A stretch of 64,000 bases of DNA from Oligoflexales bacterium (GTDB lineage Bacteria > Bdellovibrionota_B > Oligoflexia > Oligoflexales > JAPPIL01): positions 256,001-320,000 of the forward strand of contig OZ244057.1 of the NCBI GenBank assembly GCA_965215515.1. Direction: 5' to 3'. Below the pieces are notes generated by a model that saw nothing but the letters and a program-made list of their open reading frames with translations, made no database searches and was not told the DNA's origin. Position numbers and translations under genes: made by a program. Positions 21,201 to 30,761 of this stretch are shown here, piece after piece. Position 1 is the stretch's first letter; each line of letters opens with the position of its first letter.

Positions 21201-23033
21201 GTGGCCGATGTCAGAGATGAAATCAGGTTGTTACTATGTAGGTGTAATATGGCTCGAAAGGCAAAAGAGTTACGTCTCACCCAGCTTGAGGAGTTTCTGA
21301 GCAAGGTTGATGCCTGTGGGGAAAAATTTTCTCAACGGCAAAAAATTGAACTGGGAAAACATTTCCTTGAGGTTGTTATGGGGCTTAGAGGTGAGTTTAT
21401 TGCCTGTAAACAGAGCAAAGAATCACCTGATTTTGAACCTCACAATGAGGAGTTATACCCGTGGGCGTTGTTTGTCACTGATAAAGATGATTTGCAAGAA
21501 GATTACCATGACAGAGCACAGTTGTATCTGCATGGTGATAATGCGGGTAAAAAGAACTATGTTGTTGTCACTAACGGCAAAGAGATGTGTGTGTTTGATT
21601 TTAATCACGAGATAGCTAAATACACCGTTCTGTTTGATAAGCTTATCAGTGGCAATACCAAAGCTATCAAACACTGGCAGGTATTTCTCTCTGATTTCGG
21701 TGTTGAAAGTGCAGAGAAGAAGAAAAAGGAACGAAAAAAAGAAAGAAGGCTAAAAATATATCCACAACAAAATTATGTTATCTGTGGAGATTGCATAGAC
21801 TGGCTGGAAGATATACCACCCGCATCGGTCGATATGTGTTACATTGATCCACCGTTTTTCTCAAATAGAAATTATGAGATTATCTGGGGCAATGGCTACG
21901 AGCGTCGCTCTTTTGAAGATCGCTGGAAAGGCGGCATCCATGCCTACATCGAATGGATGGAAAAAAGAGTTAAATTGATTCACAGATGCCTGAAAGAAAC
22001 AGGATCGATTTTCTTGCACTGCGACTATCGTGCCAGTCACAAGCTCAGAGGAATGTTGGACGATGAATTTGGGAAAAGCAATTTTAGAAATGAGATTGTG
22101 TGGTGCTACACGGGGCCGTCAAATTCAAAGAATTTTTTCCCAAGAAAACATGACACCATTCTATACTACAGCAAGAGTAAGGAATCATTCTTCAAAAAAA
22201 ACGCTGTAAGAATACCTTACAGTGACTCATTCATACACCGCAGAAGCTATACCGAGGGCAAGAAAGGGATTACTGCTGGGTATTCTGAAGGCAGAAATAG
22301 TGAGGAAATAACGGAATCTTTTGGTGAAGGAAAAATTATTGAAGACTGGTGGTCAGATATACCATCTGGAGGACAGATTTCAAGAAAAGAGCGTCTCGGT
22401 TATAAAACCCAAAAACCAGAAAAAATTCTGGAGCGAATAATTTCTTGCTCCACCAACGCAAACGATTTAGTGCTTGATTGTTTCGCGGGTGGTGGCACGA
22501 CCGCGGCTGTGGCTGCTAAACTCAACCGTCGGTTCATCGTTGGCGATGTATCACCTGTGGCGGTGCGGGTTATCAGTGATAGGCTAAGCAAAATAACTGA
22601 TGCGCCTGAATTTGATTTGCTTAACGTTCCTCTCACCAAAACGGAGTGGTTAGAAATGGATGGCCATACCTTCGCTGCAAAAATCTGTGAGTTTATGGGC
22701 TGGGAGTGCAACCCGAAGAAATCTGATGACGGTGGCATTGACGGCTGGGCGAATAAAGGTTCTATTCCTGTACAAATTAAAAACCATCGCCAAAGTATCG
22801 GAGTCAATCCGATTAAAAATTTCTACGCCTCGCTGGGCAAAGCTGCGCAAGGTATTTTTGTCGCGTGGAGTTTTGCCCCAAAAGCTGAAGAATACCGCGC
22901 CAAAGTTAAAAAAGACGAGTGCAAGGAAATTATTTTCAAGCCCGTAACGGAAATACTGGGCAGTATCTTGATTGATGATGATGAGAAAATAAAACTTGAT
23001 GAGCTTAGCAAAAAATACGACAAAGCAGCCTAG
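21201..23033 (+). CDS. Beta-class N4/N6 DNA methyltransferase fused to an N-terminal restriction-like segment and a C-terminal Mrr-like nuclease domain
   Basis: YIDPPF (motif IV), YKTQKPE, LDCFAGGGTT (motif I); N-terminal AQLY..YVVVTNG; C-terminal DGGIDG..PVQIK. Confidence 0.85.
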   Translation: MADVRDEIRLLLCRCNMARKAKELRLTQLEEFLSKVDACGEKFSQRQKIELGKHFLEVVMGLRGEFIACKQSKESPDFEPHNEELYPWALFVTDKDDLQEDYHDRAQLYLHGDNAGKKNYVVVTNGKEMCVFDFNHEIAKYTVLFDKLISGNTKAIKHWQVFLSDFGVESAEKKKKERKKERRLKIYPQQNYVICGDCIDWLEDIPPASVDMCYIDPPFFSNRNYEIIWGNGYERRSFEDRWKGGIHAYIEWMEKRVKLIHRCLKETGSIFLHCDYRASHKLRGMLDDEFGKSNFRNEIVWCYTGPSNSKNFFPRKHDTILYYSKSKESFFKKNAVRIPYSDSFIHRRSYTEGKKGITAGYSEGRNSEEITESFGEGKIIEDWWSDIPSGGQISRKERLGYKTQKPEKILERIISCSTNANDLVLDCFAGGGTTAAVAAKLNRRFIVGDVSPVAVRVISDRLSKITDAPEFDLLNVPLTKTEWLEMDGHTFAAKICEFMGWECNPKKSDDGGIDGWANKGSIPVQIKNHRQSIGVNPIKNFYASLGKAAQGIFVAWSFAPKAEEYRAKVKKDECKEIIFKPVTEILGSILIDDDEKIKLDELSKKYDKAA

Positions 23034-23040
23034 TAAAAAC

Positions 23041-23427
23041 TCAAACCAAAATACCTTTAGTATAGACAATGCCTTTCTTGCCCCAAAAAGTAACGGGTGG
23101 GTCGATAACTTTAACAACTTCGATGTGCCAACCCCATTTTGGTTTCTTCCATGCCCAGGGTGAGTTTTTATCTATGCGGTGTAGGGGATAATCGGCGTAG
23201 AAAGTTTTGCGGTTGGGGTATTTGAAGCACTTAGTAAACCTGATGATGGCTGTAGCACGGGATTTGAATTTACCTGTGCGACCTGGGGTTTCGATTAGTA
23301 GCATCTCTTTGTTTAGATAGTGTGGTGGGATGGGATAGGTGCGGGTTTCGATGGTTTTTTTGCCTGCAATGATTTCTCTGGAGATAGGCCATTGAATATT
23401 GATACCTGTGTAGGTTTTTTTAGTCAC
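23041..23427 (-). CDS. ASCH domain protein
   Basis: GINIQWPISREIIAGKKTIETR matches the ASCH/PUA GxKxxExR motif. Confidence 0.8.
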   Translation of the reverse strand: MTKKTYTGINIQWPISREIIAGKKTIETRTYPIPPHYLNKEMLLIETPGRTGKFKSRATAIIRFTKCFKYPNRKTFYADYPLHRIDKNSPWAWKKPKWGWHIEVVKVIDPPVTFWGKKGIVYTKGILV

Positions 23428-23787
23428 GGTGGTTGAGGGGACGATGCAGTGTATCTTTGTTATGCGGCTTTAAGCACTTGTTGTTGGTGTGTCGCATACG
23501 CACATCCCAATTGATGTCACGAGCCGTTTTTGTTTTAGCAAACTTCTCGACGCGATCTATGGCATTGCAACAATCCTTCTTGTTAGACCACAGGTCTTGA
23601 TCTTGCCAAAAATGATTTTCACCATTGCCGATGTAACAGGTGGTGAATTGTACGCCTCTTTGTTGGCATTTGGCATGGATACGCTCATAGTAAGCTCTGA
23701 TCTCGGCATCGCTATAAGGATGGGAGTATCTCCTTGTTGTTGCTTGCTAGCTACCCTCAACTACGATGCTGCCCAGCTCAGCTTCAT

Positions 23788-23857
23788 TTGGCTGTTGCCG
23801 CACGCTTGGATTGTGCCCAGCAGCCAAGAGGTGGCCAGCCCACGATTAGGCCGATAA
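23788..23857 (+). repeat. Degenerate ~70-bp direct repeat, copy A (left of rpn)
   Basis: TTGGCTGTTGCCGCACGC...GCCGATAA aligns with 24964-25033. Confidence 0.7.
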
Positions 23858-23959
23858 TGTCTCCTTCTTTGTGGCATCGTGGTTGATATAGTGCTTCCCT
23901 TTGTGAGAAGATGCTGTCAGGTAGGCAACGGCGTTAGCAACAACCAGAAACGGCGGACT

Positions 23960-24919
23960 ATGACAAAACGAGCCTTACACAGTGCCTTGTTTACAGCGAT
24001 CATTACCAACAATCGGGTATTCATCGAGGAACTGCTAGCTTTACTGCTGCCTCCTGAAGAGTTTGTCAGGCTTGTTCTCAGGACGCTGAAGTTCGAGGCG
24101 ACGGTGTTCACTGATGCCGATGGCAATGAACGCCGTGCTGACGCGGTAATCTCTGTCATGACCAGAGACGGCCAGCGGATTATTTTCTTGATTGAGCACA
24201 AAAGCACACAAGAGAAGGGGCTTTTGGGGCAAATGCTGAATTATCAGGCATTGCTTGATACACACATGGCCGACAAGGTTATCGTCATTGTGATCTCTAA
24301 TGCTAAGGGACGCTGGCGCATGCCAATGAGTTTTCAGGGCAAGTTCGCCAACAGTGCCAATGCCATAGGCAGCAACGTAGCCCTAGATTTCGGCTATTTG
24401 CTGTTCCATATGCCCGACTACAATCAAGAGGACATCATCAAGATATTTCCCAAGAGCCATCCCTACATTCTGCCGCTGCACTGCATTAGGGACTTGACCC
24501 GTGAGAAGGTGGCCAAATTTTTTCGCAGCACCCTGATATTGGAGATCGAGGAGAGAAAACGGCTTTTGGAACTGGCAACTGATTGTTTCTCTAAATTCAA
24601 TAGCGATTATGGTATATCTGTGCTAAAAGGTATCGAGGTGGCAGCTATTAAAAAACCAAAGGATAGACTTATGAAAGAAATCAAGATTGGCCGCGAGGGT
24701 TGGCTTGAAGAGGGCATTCTTCAGGGTCGGCAAGAGGGTCGGCAAGAGGGTGAGCGAGCAATTGAGGCGGTGGCGTTGCGTATGCTGGAGGACGGCATGA
24801 GTGTCGCCGCCATTTGTCGCATTACGAAGCTCAGTCGCAGTGTAGTCAACAGGCTAGAGCAAGAGGGCAGCAAGCTAGAAAACTCTAAAAAGCGTAGCAA
24901 AGCAAAGAAGCGCGCCTAA
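23960..24919 (+). CDS. Rpn family recombination-promoting nuclease/putative transposase
   Basis: LHSALF, ERRADAV, FLIEHKSTQ PD-(D/E)xK core, GRQEGRQEG repeat, ALRMLEDGMSVAAICRITKLS tail. Confidence 0.85.
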   Translation: MTKRALHSALFTAIITNNRVFIEELLALLLPPEEFVRLVLRTLKFEATVFTDADGNERRADAVISVMTRDGQRIIFLIEHKSTQEKGLLGQMLNYQALLDTHMADKVIVIVISNAKGRWRMPMSFQGKFANSANAIGSNVALDFGYLLFHMPDYNQEDIIKIFPKSHPYILPLHCIRDLTREKVAKFFRSTLILEIEERKRLLELATDCFSKFNSDYGISVLKGIEVAAIKKPKDRLMKEIKIGREGWLEEGILQGRQEGRQEGERAIEAVALRMLEDGMSVAAICRITKLSRSVVNRLEQEGSKLENSKKRSKAKKRA

Positions 24920-24963
24920 GCTGGCTGTCTCGCCTAATCCTCTGCTGGAAGCCTGCTATCCCG

Positions 24964-25033
24964 TTGGCTGTTGCTGCATGCTGGAGATGTGCCCAACAGT
25001 CAAGAGTTGGCTAGCCCTCGGCTAAGCCGATAA
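24964..25033 (+). repeat. Degenerate ~70-bp direct repeat, copy B (right of rpn)
   Basis: TTGGCTGTTGCTGCATGC...GCCGATAA aligns with 23788-23857. Confidence 0.7.
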
Positions 25034-25346
25034 CGCTATCCTCCCCTTCCGCCTTGCCACATAAACCCCTTCGCGTTTCAGTATTTTTATAATCGTGTTG
25101 CCGTGCCAACTTTTACCCTGCTGCTTGGTGGGTAGCTTCATCGTGTTCAAGAATCGGACAATGGCGTTCGTACTGATGCCCTTGCCATACATTTGCTTGA
25201 TGGTGGCGATGGTGCGCAATTCGGCCTTGTGGTCTATGGTCTTGCCGCTGACCCGACGCTTGCCATAGGCTAGTCTAGAGCCGTGGCGTTCTGATCGCTT
25301 GCGCAAGGGGATGTTATGTTTCAGCAACAGGTCTCTGAGGATAAAT
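25022..25346 (-). pseudogene. Serine-recombinase-associated DNA-binding (Recombinase) domain fragment
   Basis: AYG...AELRTIATIKQM..GISTNAIVRFLN..LPTKQQGKSWHGNTIIKIL; no catalytic domain; 5' end cut by the direct repeat. Confidence 0.65.
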
Positions 25347-25442
25347 GCACCCTCAAAGCCTGGTGATCCCTGCCTGGCAGTTTTGAAAAGCACTACCGTG
25401 CCGCACTGAAAATCATCGTTACCAGCACCTGCGAACGGCGGA
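25347..25442 (+). repeat. ~95-bp direct repeat, copy 1, flanking the R-M pair
   Basis: Matches 26942-27035 except one substitution and a 2-nt indel. Confidence 0.95.
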
Positions 25443-25458
25443 GGATAAGGACGGTCGA

Positions 25459-26046
25459 CTATGGCTGGTTCGGCACGAGCGTTCCTTGTTGCAGCGGGTA
25501 AATTTGCTCAGCAACACAAAATTGCCTTTGTGCGAGAATGGCATCTAAAAATCTGTCATATTCAGTACTCGATGCGAGCACGACACCCGTTAGGCCGACG
25601 GTGAGGCCGTTTTTTATCTTATCTTTGACAGACTCGGCCTCCTTTTCGGACAACGTGACGAGATAGTTATCAGCGCCATGATATACTTGTCTCAATGCCC
25701 ACCCTTCTAAGTCCGCTTGTTTGTACCTTTCCCGCAGAGACACCTTCATGGTCAACACCACAGGATTTTGGGGGTGGTAAAGCACAATGTCAAAGCTAGC
25801 ATTGGGAAAGAGTTCGAACCTTGCTTGATAGTAAAAAGGAACAATATTTTGTTGTGCCAGTGTTTCACATATTAAATACTCAAAAACAAGTCCGTTAATG
25901 CTCGGATTGCTCTTGCTAGCTGCTAGGTACTTATCATAGGTACACTTAATAAATTGATGAGAATAAGTAAACTTTTCATTAGAAATTAAATTTCTGTATA
26001 TTGTACCAGCGGTACCGATAGTCAGTTTATTGATTCTGCTGTGCAT
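25459..26046 (-). CDS. Type II restriction endonuclease, CCGG-family-like
   Basis: GLVFEYL, FDIVLY, MKVSLRERYKQ (KxSxRER motif); overlaps the cognate MTase stop. Confidence 0.75.
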   Translation of the reverse strand: MHSRINKLTIGTAGTIYRNLISNEKFTYSHQFIKCTYDKYLAASKSNPSINGLVFEYLICETLAQQNIVPFYYQARFELFPNASFDIVLYHPQNPVVLTMKVSLRERYKQADLEGWALRQVYHGADNYLVTLSEKEAESVKDKIKNGLTVGLTGVVLASSTEYDRFLDAILAQRQFCVAEQIYPLQQGTLVPNQP

Positions 26047-26894
26047 TCTCGCGCGATTCTCCGCTCCGTGAGGTTGCAGTATTTTTCTTCCCGCTCAATA
26101 CCATAAGCAATGCGTCGATGGTTAATAGCTTCAATCATGGTTGTGCCGCTGCCACAGAAAGGGTCAAGTACCGTATCACCGACAAAAGAAAACAACTTGA
26201 TGCAGCGTTTGGGTAGTTCACGTGGGAAGGGAGCCTCATGCCCGATACGTTTAGCGCTTTCGCCGTTGAAATCCCAGCTACCGAGTACCGAGTGCTTAAA
26301 CTCTTCGCCGCCGATGTCTGAATCACCCTGGCGCTGTCGTTTCCACTCCCCTTTGTAGAACACAATGATGACCTCGACAGGAGCGATAACATGTGGCGCG
26401 CTGGCGGACTTCCAACTGCCCCAGGCAGTGCGCCGTGAGATGTTGCCCTCGTTCCACAGAATCGTGGCATGGTATCGCCAACCAACCCGCATTGCCAACG
26501 TGGTAATGTTCGCGGCGAGCGGTTGTTTGCCGTTTTTGTTTTTGTCGATCGAAACGTTGACACACATACGTCCCGTGTTATGGGTCCAATAAAAACAGTT
26601 GGCCAGCCACTTTTTGCTGAAACGAAGATAGTCACGATAATCTACCGCATCGTCTTTCTCTGCGCCACTGTAGCATTTGCTGATGTTGTAGGGAGGAGAA
26701 GTAACGATCAGGTCAATACTGTCGGCAGCTAGTATACCACGATGCGTGGCATCACCGTGCAGCAGCCTGTATCGCTTACCCTCGAGCTTGCTACCACAAG
26801 CGGAAGATTGCCGCAGCGGCTGCGCTGTATCTAGCAAGTTAGCCCCCACAATCGACACCAAGACTGCGATCCATTGTAGCACACACTCGCCCAA
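26022..26894 (-). CDS. Beta-class N4/N6 DNA methyltransferase (probably m4C)
   Basis: VTSPPY, WNEGNISRRTAWGSW..ASAP, HEAPFP, DPFCGSGTT; start uncertain. Confidence 0.92.
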   Translation of the reverse strand: MGECVLQWIAVLVSIVGANLLDTAQPLRQSSACGSKLEGKRYRLLHGDATHRGILAADSIDLIVTSPPYNISKCYSGAEKDDAVDYRDYLRFSKKWLANCFYWTHNTGRMCVNVSIDKNKNGKQPLAANITTLAMRVGWRYHATILWNEGNISRRTAWGSWKSASAPHVIAPVEVIIVFYKGEWKRQRQGDSDIGGEEFKHSVLGSWDFNGESAKRIGHEAPFPRELPKRCIKLFSFVGDTVLDPFCGSGTTMIEAINHRRIAYGIEREEKYCNLTERRIARECTAESIN

Positions 26895-26941
26895 AAATTA
26901 TAGGCCTATTGCTGCTGAACGATTGTTGTCCTTGGGTGAAG

Positions 26942-27035
26942 GCACTCTCAAAGCCTGGTGATCCCTGCCTGGCAGTTTTGAAGCACTACCGTGCCGCACT
27001 GAAAATCATCGTTACCAGCACCTGCGAACGGCGGA
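26942..27035 (+). repeat. ~95-bp direct repeat, copy 2 (includes the 3' end of the CAP-like gene)
   Basis: Matches 25347-25442. Confidence 0.95.
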
Positions 27036-27909
27036 AGGTGATGTTGAGGGCGAGGTCGGTAGCTTCCTTGTGCAGCAACAGTTGGCGATGAAAGGGCGAT
27101 ACCCACAGCATCGTCAACGCTGCGGGTAGGGTATGTGCACGGGCACGGTTTTCACCGAGTAAACGACGGTTCTGCCGTAGCAGACTGTTCTTGAGCGCGG
27201 ATAGTTCCATGCGATCGTGAATCACACTGAAACGCGTCGTCTGCGGAGTAGTTTGGCTACGCAGTGCGGCAAGGTGCATTTTTTGTCGCACGGTATTTAC
27301 CCACGCATGCGTGCTTTGCCGTTCCTGACCACGAGCTGGCGGGGGTGGCAAGTGCGGAGCAGAAAAAGCGGGATTGCCACGGGGGAAGATATACAGCAGC
27401 CGCGGCCCTGTGCGCAGCGGCTGGTGCGACAGGCAACGCACAGCTGCCACACCCGTCCCTCGCTGCGGCAATATCAAACTCTGTCCTCGGATTGCCAACG
27501 GCTGCGGTAAGTACCAGCCACTGGCAGCATACATCGCCTGCAGCGCACGACAGTAACGCGCTAACCCTGCGGACAGCCGCACCGTGCTGCCGTCATGTTG
27601 CGGAGCATAGGGGGCGGAGACGGTCAGTACCCAGCTGTGTCCTGCGGCACAGCTGCCATAGGCATAGCCTGCGTTGCCTTCCCGCATCGCCTGTGCACGG
27701 GCGAGCTGGGCGGCGTGTGGTGTGCTGCGTTGCGTGTGCACGGTGAGCAGCGTGTCGTAGATGCCTGCCTGCCACAGTGCCCGTGTGTCGTGACGGCGAG
27801 CACAGACGAGTGTTTGTGCTTTGACCTGCAAATCTTGCCGCAGCCGCGGCTGTGCGTGGAGCGAACTCGCAATACCTAGGCAGATAACGAGAGGCCAGAC
27901 GCAGTTCAC
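26986..27909 (-). CDS. Exported protein with C-terminal CAP/SCP-like domain
   Basis: Signal peptide; WVNTVR, GENRARA, LWVSPFHRQLLL motifs. Confidence 0.6.
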   Translation of the reverse strand: MNCVWPLVICLGIASSLHAQPRLRQDLQVKAQTLVCARRHDTRALWQAGIYDTLLTVHTQRSTPHAAQLARAQAMREGNAGYAYGSCAAGHSWVLTVSAPYAPQHDGSTVRLSAGLARYCRALQAMYAASGWYLPQPLAIRGQSLILPQRGTGVAAVRCLSHQPLRTGPRLLYIFPRGNPAFSAPHLPPPPARGQERQSTHAWVNTVRQKMHLAALRSQTTPQTTRFSVIHDRMELSALKNSLLRQNRRLLGENRARAHTLPAALTMLWVSPFHRQLLLHKEATDLALNITFRRSQVLVTMIFSAAR

Positions 27910-29054
27910 TGACTGGACAACTGCTTGAAAATGGTGCTCAGCTGCATGTTAGTGGTGCCTTCGTAGAGCTGGCCGATTTTGGCATCGCGGTAGAACTTTT
28001 CCGCGGGAAATTCTTTGATAAAACCATAACCACCGTAAACTTCCAGTGCCTGCGAAGCGACTTTCTCTGCCACTTGTGAACTGAAATACTTCGCCATAGC
28101 AGCCTCCTTGGTGAACGGCAAACCGCGTTCACGCAAGCGTGCGACGTTGTAGACCAGCAGGCGGGTCGCCTCGATGTCGGTAGCAAGCTCTGCCAGCTTG
28201 AACTGCACCGCTTGAAACTTGTCGAGTGTTTGTCCGAACTGACTGCGTTCTGTCGCATAAGCCATCGCTCCTTGCCACGCTCCCTGTGCCAAACCCAGCA
28301 TCTGGGCAGCGATTCCGATACGCCCCTCGTTGAGGGTTTCGATGGCAATCTTGTATCCTTTCCCCACCTCGCCGATAACGTTGCTACGCGGTACCCTGAC
28401 CTCATCCAAGATTACCTCGCACGTCGAAGAAGCACGGATGCCTAGTTTGGTTTCTTTTTTGCCGAGAGTGAGGCCAGCCGTGCCTTTCTCGACGACGAAG
28501 GCGGTGATCCCACGATAACCACGGCTAAAATCGACGTTGGCAAAGACGATAAACAGCGAAGCTTCACCTGCGTTGGTGATGAAGATTTTTTTGCCGTTGA
28601 GGATGTAATCGCTGCCCTCGGCGGTGGCACGGCACTGTAAAGCAAAAGCATCCGAGCCAGAGACAGGCTCGGTCAGGCAATAACAGCCGATGGCTTCTGT
28701 AGCGAGGCGGGGGTAGAAGGTCTGCTGCTGTTCGGGTGTCCCCCAGCGTTGAAAAACATTGTTGACCAACGTGTTCTGGACATCGACGATGACTCCCGCT
28801 GCGGCATCTGTGCACGACAAAGCCTCGATCGCCAGCAGTGCCATAAAGAAAGTGCCACCTGCCCCACCGAATTTAGTCGGTATCTCGATTCCCATCAAAC
28901 CTAATTCAAAAAAACTCCTCAGTAAGTCAGGGCGAAACTGCTCCTGCTCGTCCATCGCGGCAACGGCGGGAGCGAGACGCTGCTGGGCAAGCTTCGTAAC
29001 TTCCCGCCTGAACAACTGCTCGTCATCGGATAGCACTGTCAACGGCTCAGCCAT
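27906..29054 (-). CDS. Acyl-CoA dehydrogenase (short/branched-chain type)
   Basis: LTEPVSGSDA, LNGKKIFITN, KLGIRASST, LNEGRIGIAAQ, YGGYG, YEGT. Confidence 0.95.
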   Translation of the reverse strand: MAEPLTVLSDDEQLFRREVTKLAQQRLAPAVAAMDEQEQFRPDLLRSFFELGLMGIEIPTKFGGAGGTFFMALLAIEALSCTDAAAGVIVDVQNTLVNNVFQRWGTPEQQQTFYPRLATEAIGCYCLTEPVSGSDAFALQCRATAEGSDYILNGKKIFITNAGEASLFIVFANVDFSRGYRGITAFVVEKGTAGLTLGKKETKLGIRASSTCEVILDEVRVPRSNVIGEVGKGYKIAIETLNEGRIGIAAQMLGLAQGAWQGAMAYATERSQFGQTLDKFQAVQFKLAELATDIEATRLLVYNVARLRERGLPFTKEAAMAKYFSSQVAEKVASQALEVYGGYGFIKEFPAEKFYRDAKIGQLYEGTTNMQLSTIFKQLSSQ

Positions 29055-29165
29055 ACCGCCCCCTCGCTTATGCTCCCTGCATTTTAGCATACTTCCTGGC
29101 ACAAAACACACACTCCGATCTGTGTCGCTGGTGTGTTGCCTGCCGTGTCGATCGTTTCCTTACCC

Positions 29166-30761
29166 TCAAACGCACGAGGCGCTAGCCTTTTGCCCTCCAT
29201 CCTTTATCGTCCAGCCACGTGCGACCAAAGCGGCTCTCGCCTCTGCCGCGGCTGCGTCGTATTGGGTATCTCCGACATCGAGCGGAAGCGGTTGGCGTTG
29301 GTGATCGCTGCACATGTGACTCGCCTTTTGAACGGAGGTTGTGGCGATGCGTATCAACATCTGGGTGTAGTTGGCAGACGAGAGAGTCATGTCCCGAAAC
29401 ATGTCGGAGTAGCACCAGACTTTGCCGAAATCCCACCCTGACATGTCGGGGTCAGCCTGCCGTGCATGTGCGAACATCGAGCGCATGTCGGCAACGCGTG
29501 CGGTGCTCCAGTTACTGACATCGGGGTCAGCGTGCGGTGCTTGCGCAAACATGCCTCGCATGCTCGTGACGTTCGCGGTGTTCCAGTTGCTGACATCGGG
29601 GTCAGCGAGCGTGGCATCGGCAAACATCATCGCCATGTATTTTACTTTGCTCGTATCCCACCTGCTGACATCGGGGTTGGCGGAAACCGCCTTGTTGAAC
29701 AACAGGTACATATTGACGACGTTCGCGGTGTTCCAGTTGCTGACATCGGGATCGGCGGCACGGGCATTACCGAACAGTGAGCTCATGTCTTCTACCTGTG
29801 CGGTGTTCCAGTTGCTGACATCGGGATCGGCATAGACGGTGTCGCTGAATAGCGACCGCATGGTGGTCACCTTGCTCGTGTTCCAGTTGCTGACATCGGG
29901 GTCAGCAGTCTTTGCCTCCTGAAACACCCCCCACATGCTAGTCACGGCGGAGGTATCCCAAGCACTGACATCGGGGTCAGCATGCGGTGCTTGCGCAAAC
30001 ATGCGGTCGATCTTGGTCACGGCGGAGGTATCCCAAGCACTGACATCGGGGTTGGCAGCCTTCGCATCGTAGAACATCCACCCCATCAACAGCACGTTGC
30101 TCGTGTCCCAACGACTGACTTCAGGGTTGGCGGCCTCGGTGTAGGCGAACATCCAGCTCAGGTCGATGACCGAGCTTGTGTCCCAACGGCTAACATCGGG
30201 ATCGGCGACCAGCGTGTTGCTGAACATGCTGCGCAGCGATGTGACCTTGCTCGTATCCCAGTCTCTCGTCTCAGGCATCGCGATGCGTGCACCCGCAAAC
30301 ATTTTGGTCATATCGACAACCTCGCTGATGTCGCCTCCCACCACCGTTTCCAGTTGCCGACAGCCACTGAATGCACCTTGCAAACTCTTCCAGCCCACGT
30401 CACCCAAGGCGGGCACAGCCGTAATCATATGGGTGGTGTATGACGCTTCTCCCGCATCCCAGGCCTCGATCAGACCACGGCTGCTGACGGTATACTTACC
30501 CGCTCTCTCGTAAGTGTGTCGTGCGTCGAGATCGTCGTGGGCGGTGATCGCCTGCGGTGGCGTGCCATCACCCCAATCGACGATGAAATAGTAGTTGAAG
30601 CTAGGGGGTAACGGCAACTGCACCCTGCGGCGTTGCTCCGTAATCTCCCACTCAAAGACAAAAGGTCTGTCCATCACGCCGAGTACCGTCCCCTCGGGCT
30701 CAGCACAGCTAACCAGGCCAGCCAGTAACACACACAGGCACAACCGCATCTCGAACTCCAT
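29166..30761 (-). CDS. BspA-like/DUF285 repeat surface lipoprotein with PKD-like domain
   Basis: LVSC lipobox, VDWGDG..HTY..AGKY, about 12 repeats of 25 aa (MF..A..ADPDVS.W.T..V). Confidence 0.85.
   Translation of the reverse strand: MEFEMRLCLCVLLAGLVSCAEPEGTVLGVMDRPFVFEWEITEQRRRVQLPLPPSFNYYFIVDWGDGTPPQAITAHDDLDARHTYERAGKYTVSSRGLIEAWDAGEASYTTHMITAVPALGDVGWKSLQGAFSGCRQLETVVGGDISEVVDMTKMFAGARIAMPETRDWDTSKVTSLRSMFSNTLVADPDVSRWDTSSVIDLSWMFAYTEAANPEVSRWDTSNVLLMGWMFYDAKAANPDVSAWDTSAVTKIDRMFAQAPHADPDVSAWDTSAVTSMWGVFQEAKTADPDVSNWNTSKVTTMRSLFSDTVYADPDVSNWNTAQVEDMSSLFGNARAADPDVSNWNTANVVNMYLLFNKAVSANPDVSRWDTSKVKYMAMMFADATLADPDVSNWNTANVTSMRGMFAQAPHADPDVSNWSTARVADMRSMFAHARQADPDMSGWDFGKVWCYSDMFRDMTLSSANYTQMLIRIATTSVQKASHMCSDHQRQPLPLDVGDTQYDAAAAEARAALVARGWTIKDGGQKASASCV
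29420..30320 (-). repeat. In-frame 75-bp tandem repeat array (about 12 units)
   Basis: Recurrent TTCCAGTTGCTGACATCGGG core at 75-nt spacing; boundaries approximate. Confidence 0.85.

Noticed and set aside
23420..23740. Minus-strand open frame with a YegP/DUF1508-like stretch (GNGENHF..WSNKKDCCNAIDRV)
   Set aside because: No start codon upstream of the similar stretch, and the resemblance is too weak to call by eye
20797..27035. Prophage or ICE integrated at tRNA-Arg
   Set aside because: No intact integrase, no phage or conjugation genes, and I found no duplicate of the tRNA 3' end
29420..30320. Regularly spaced repeats as a CRISPR array
   Set aside because: The period is 75 nt, in frame within a protein; units are degenerate, and no cas genes are present
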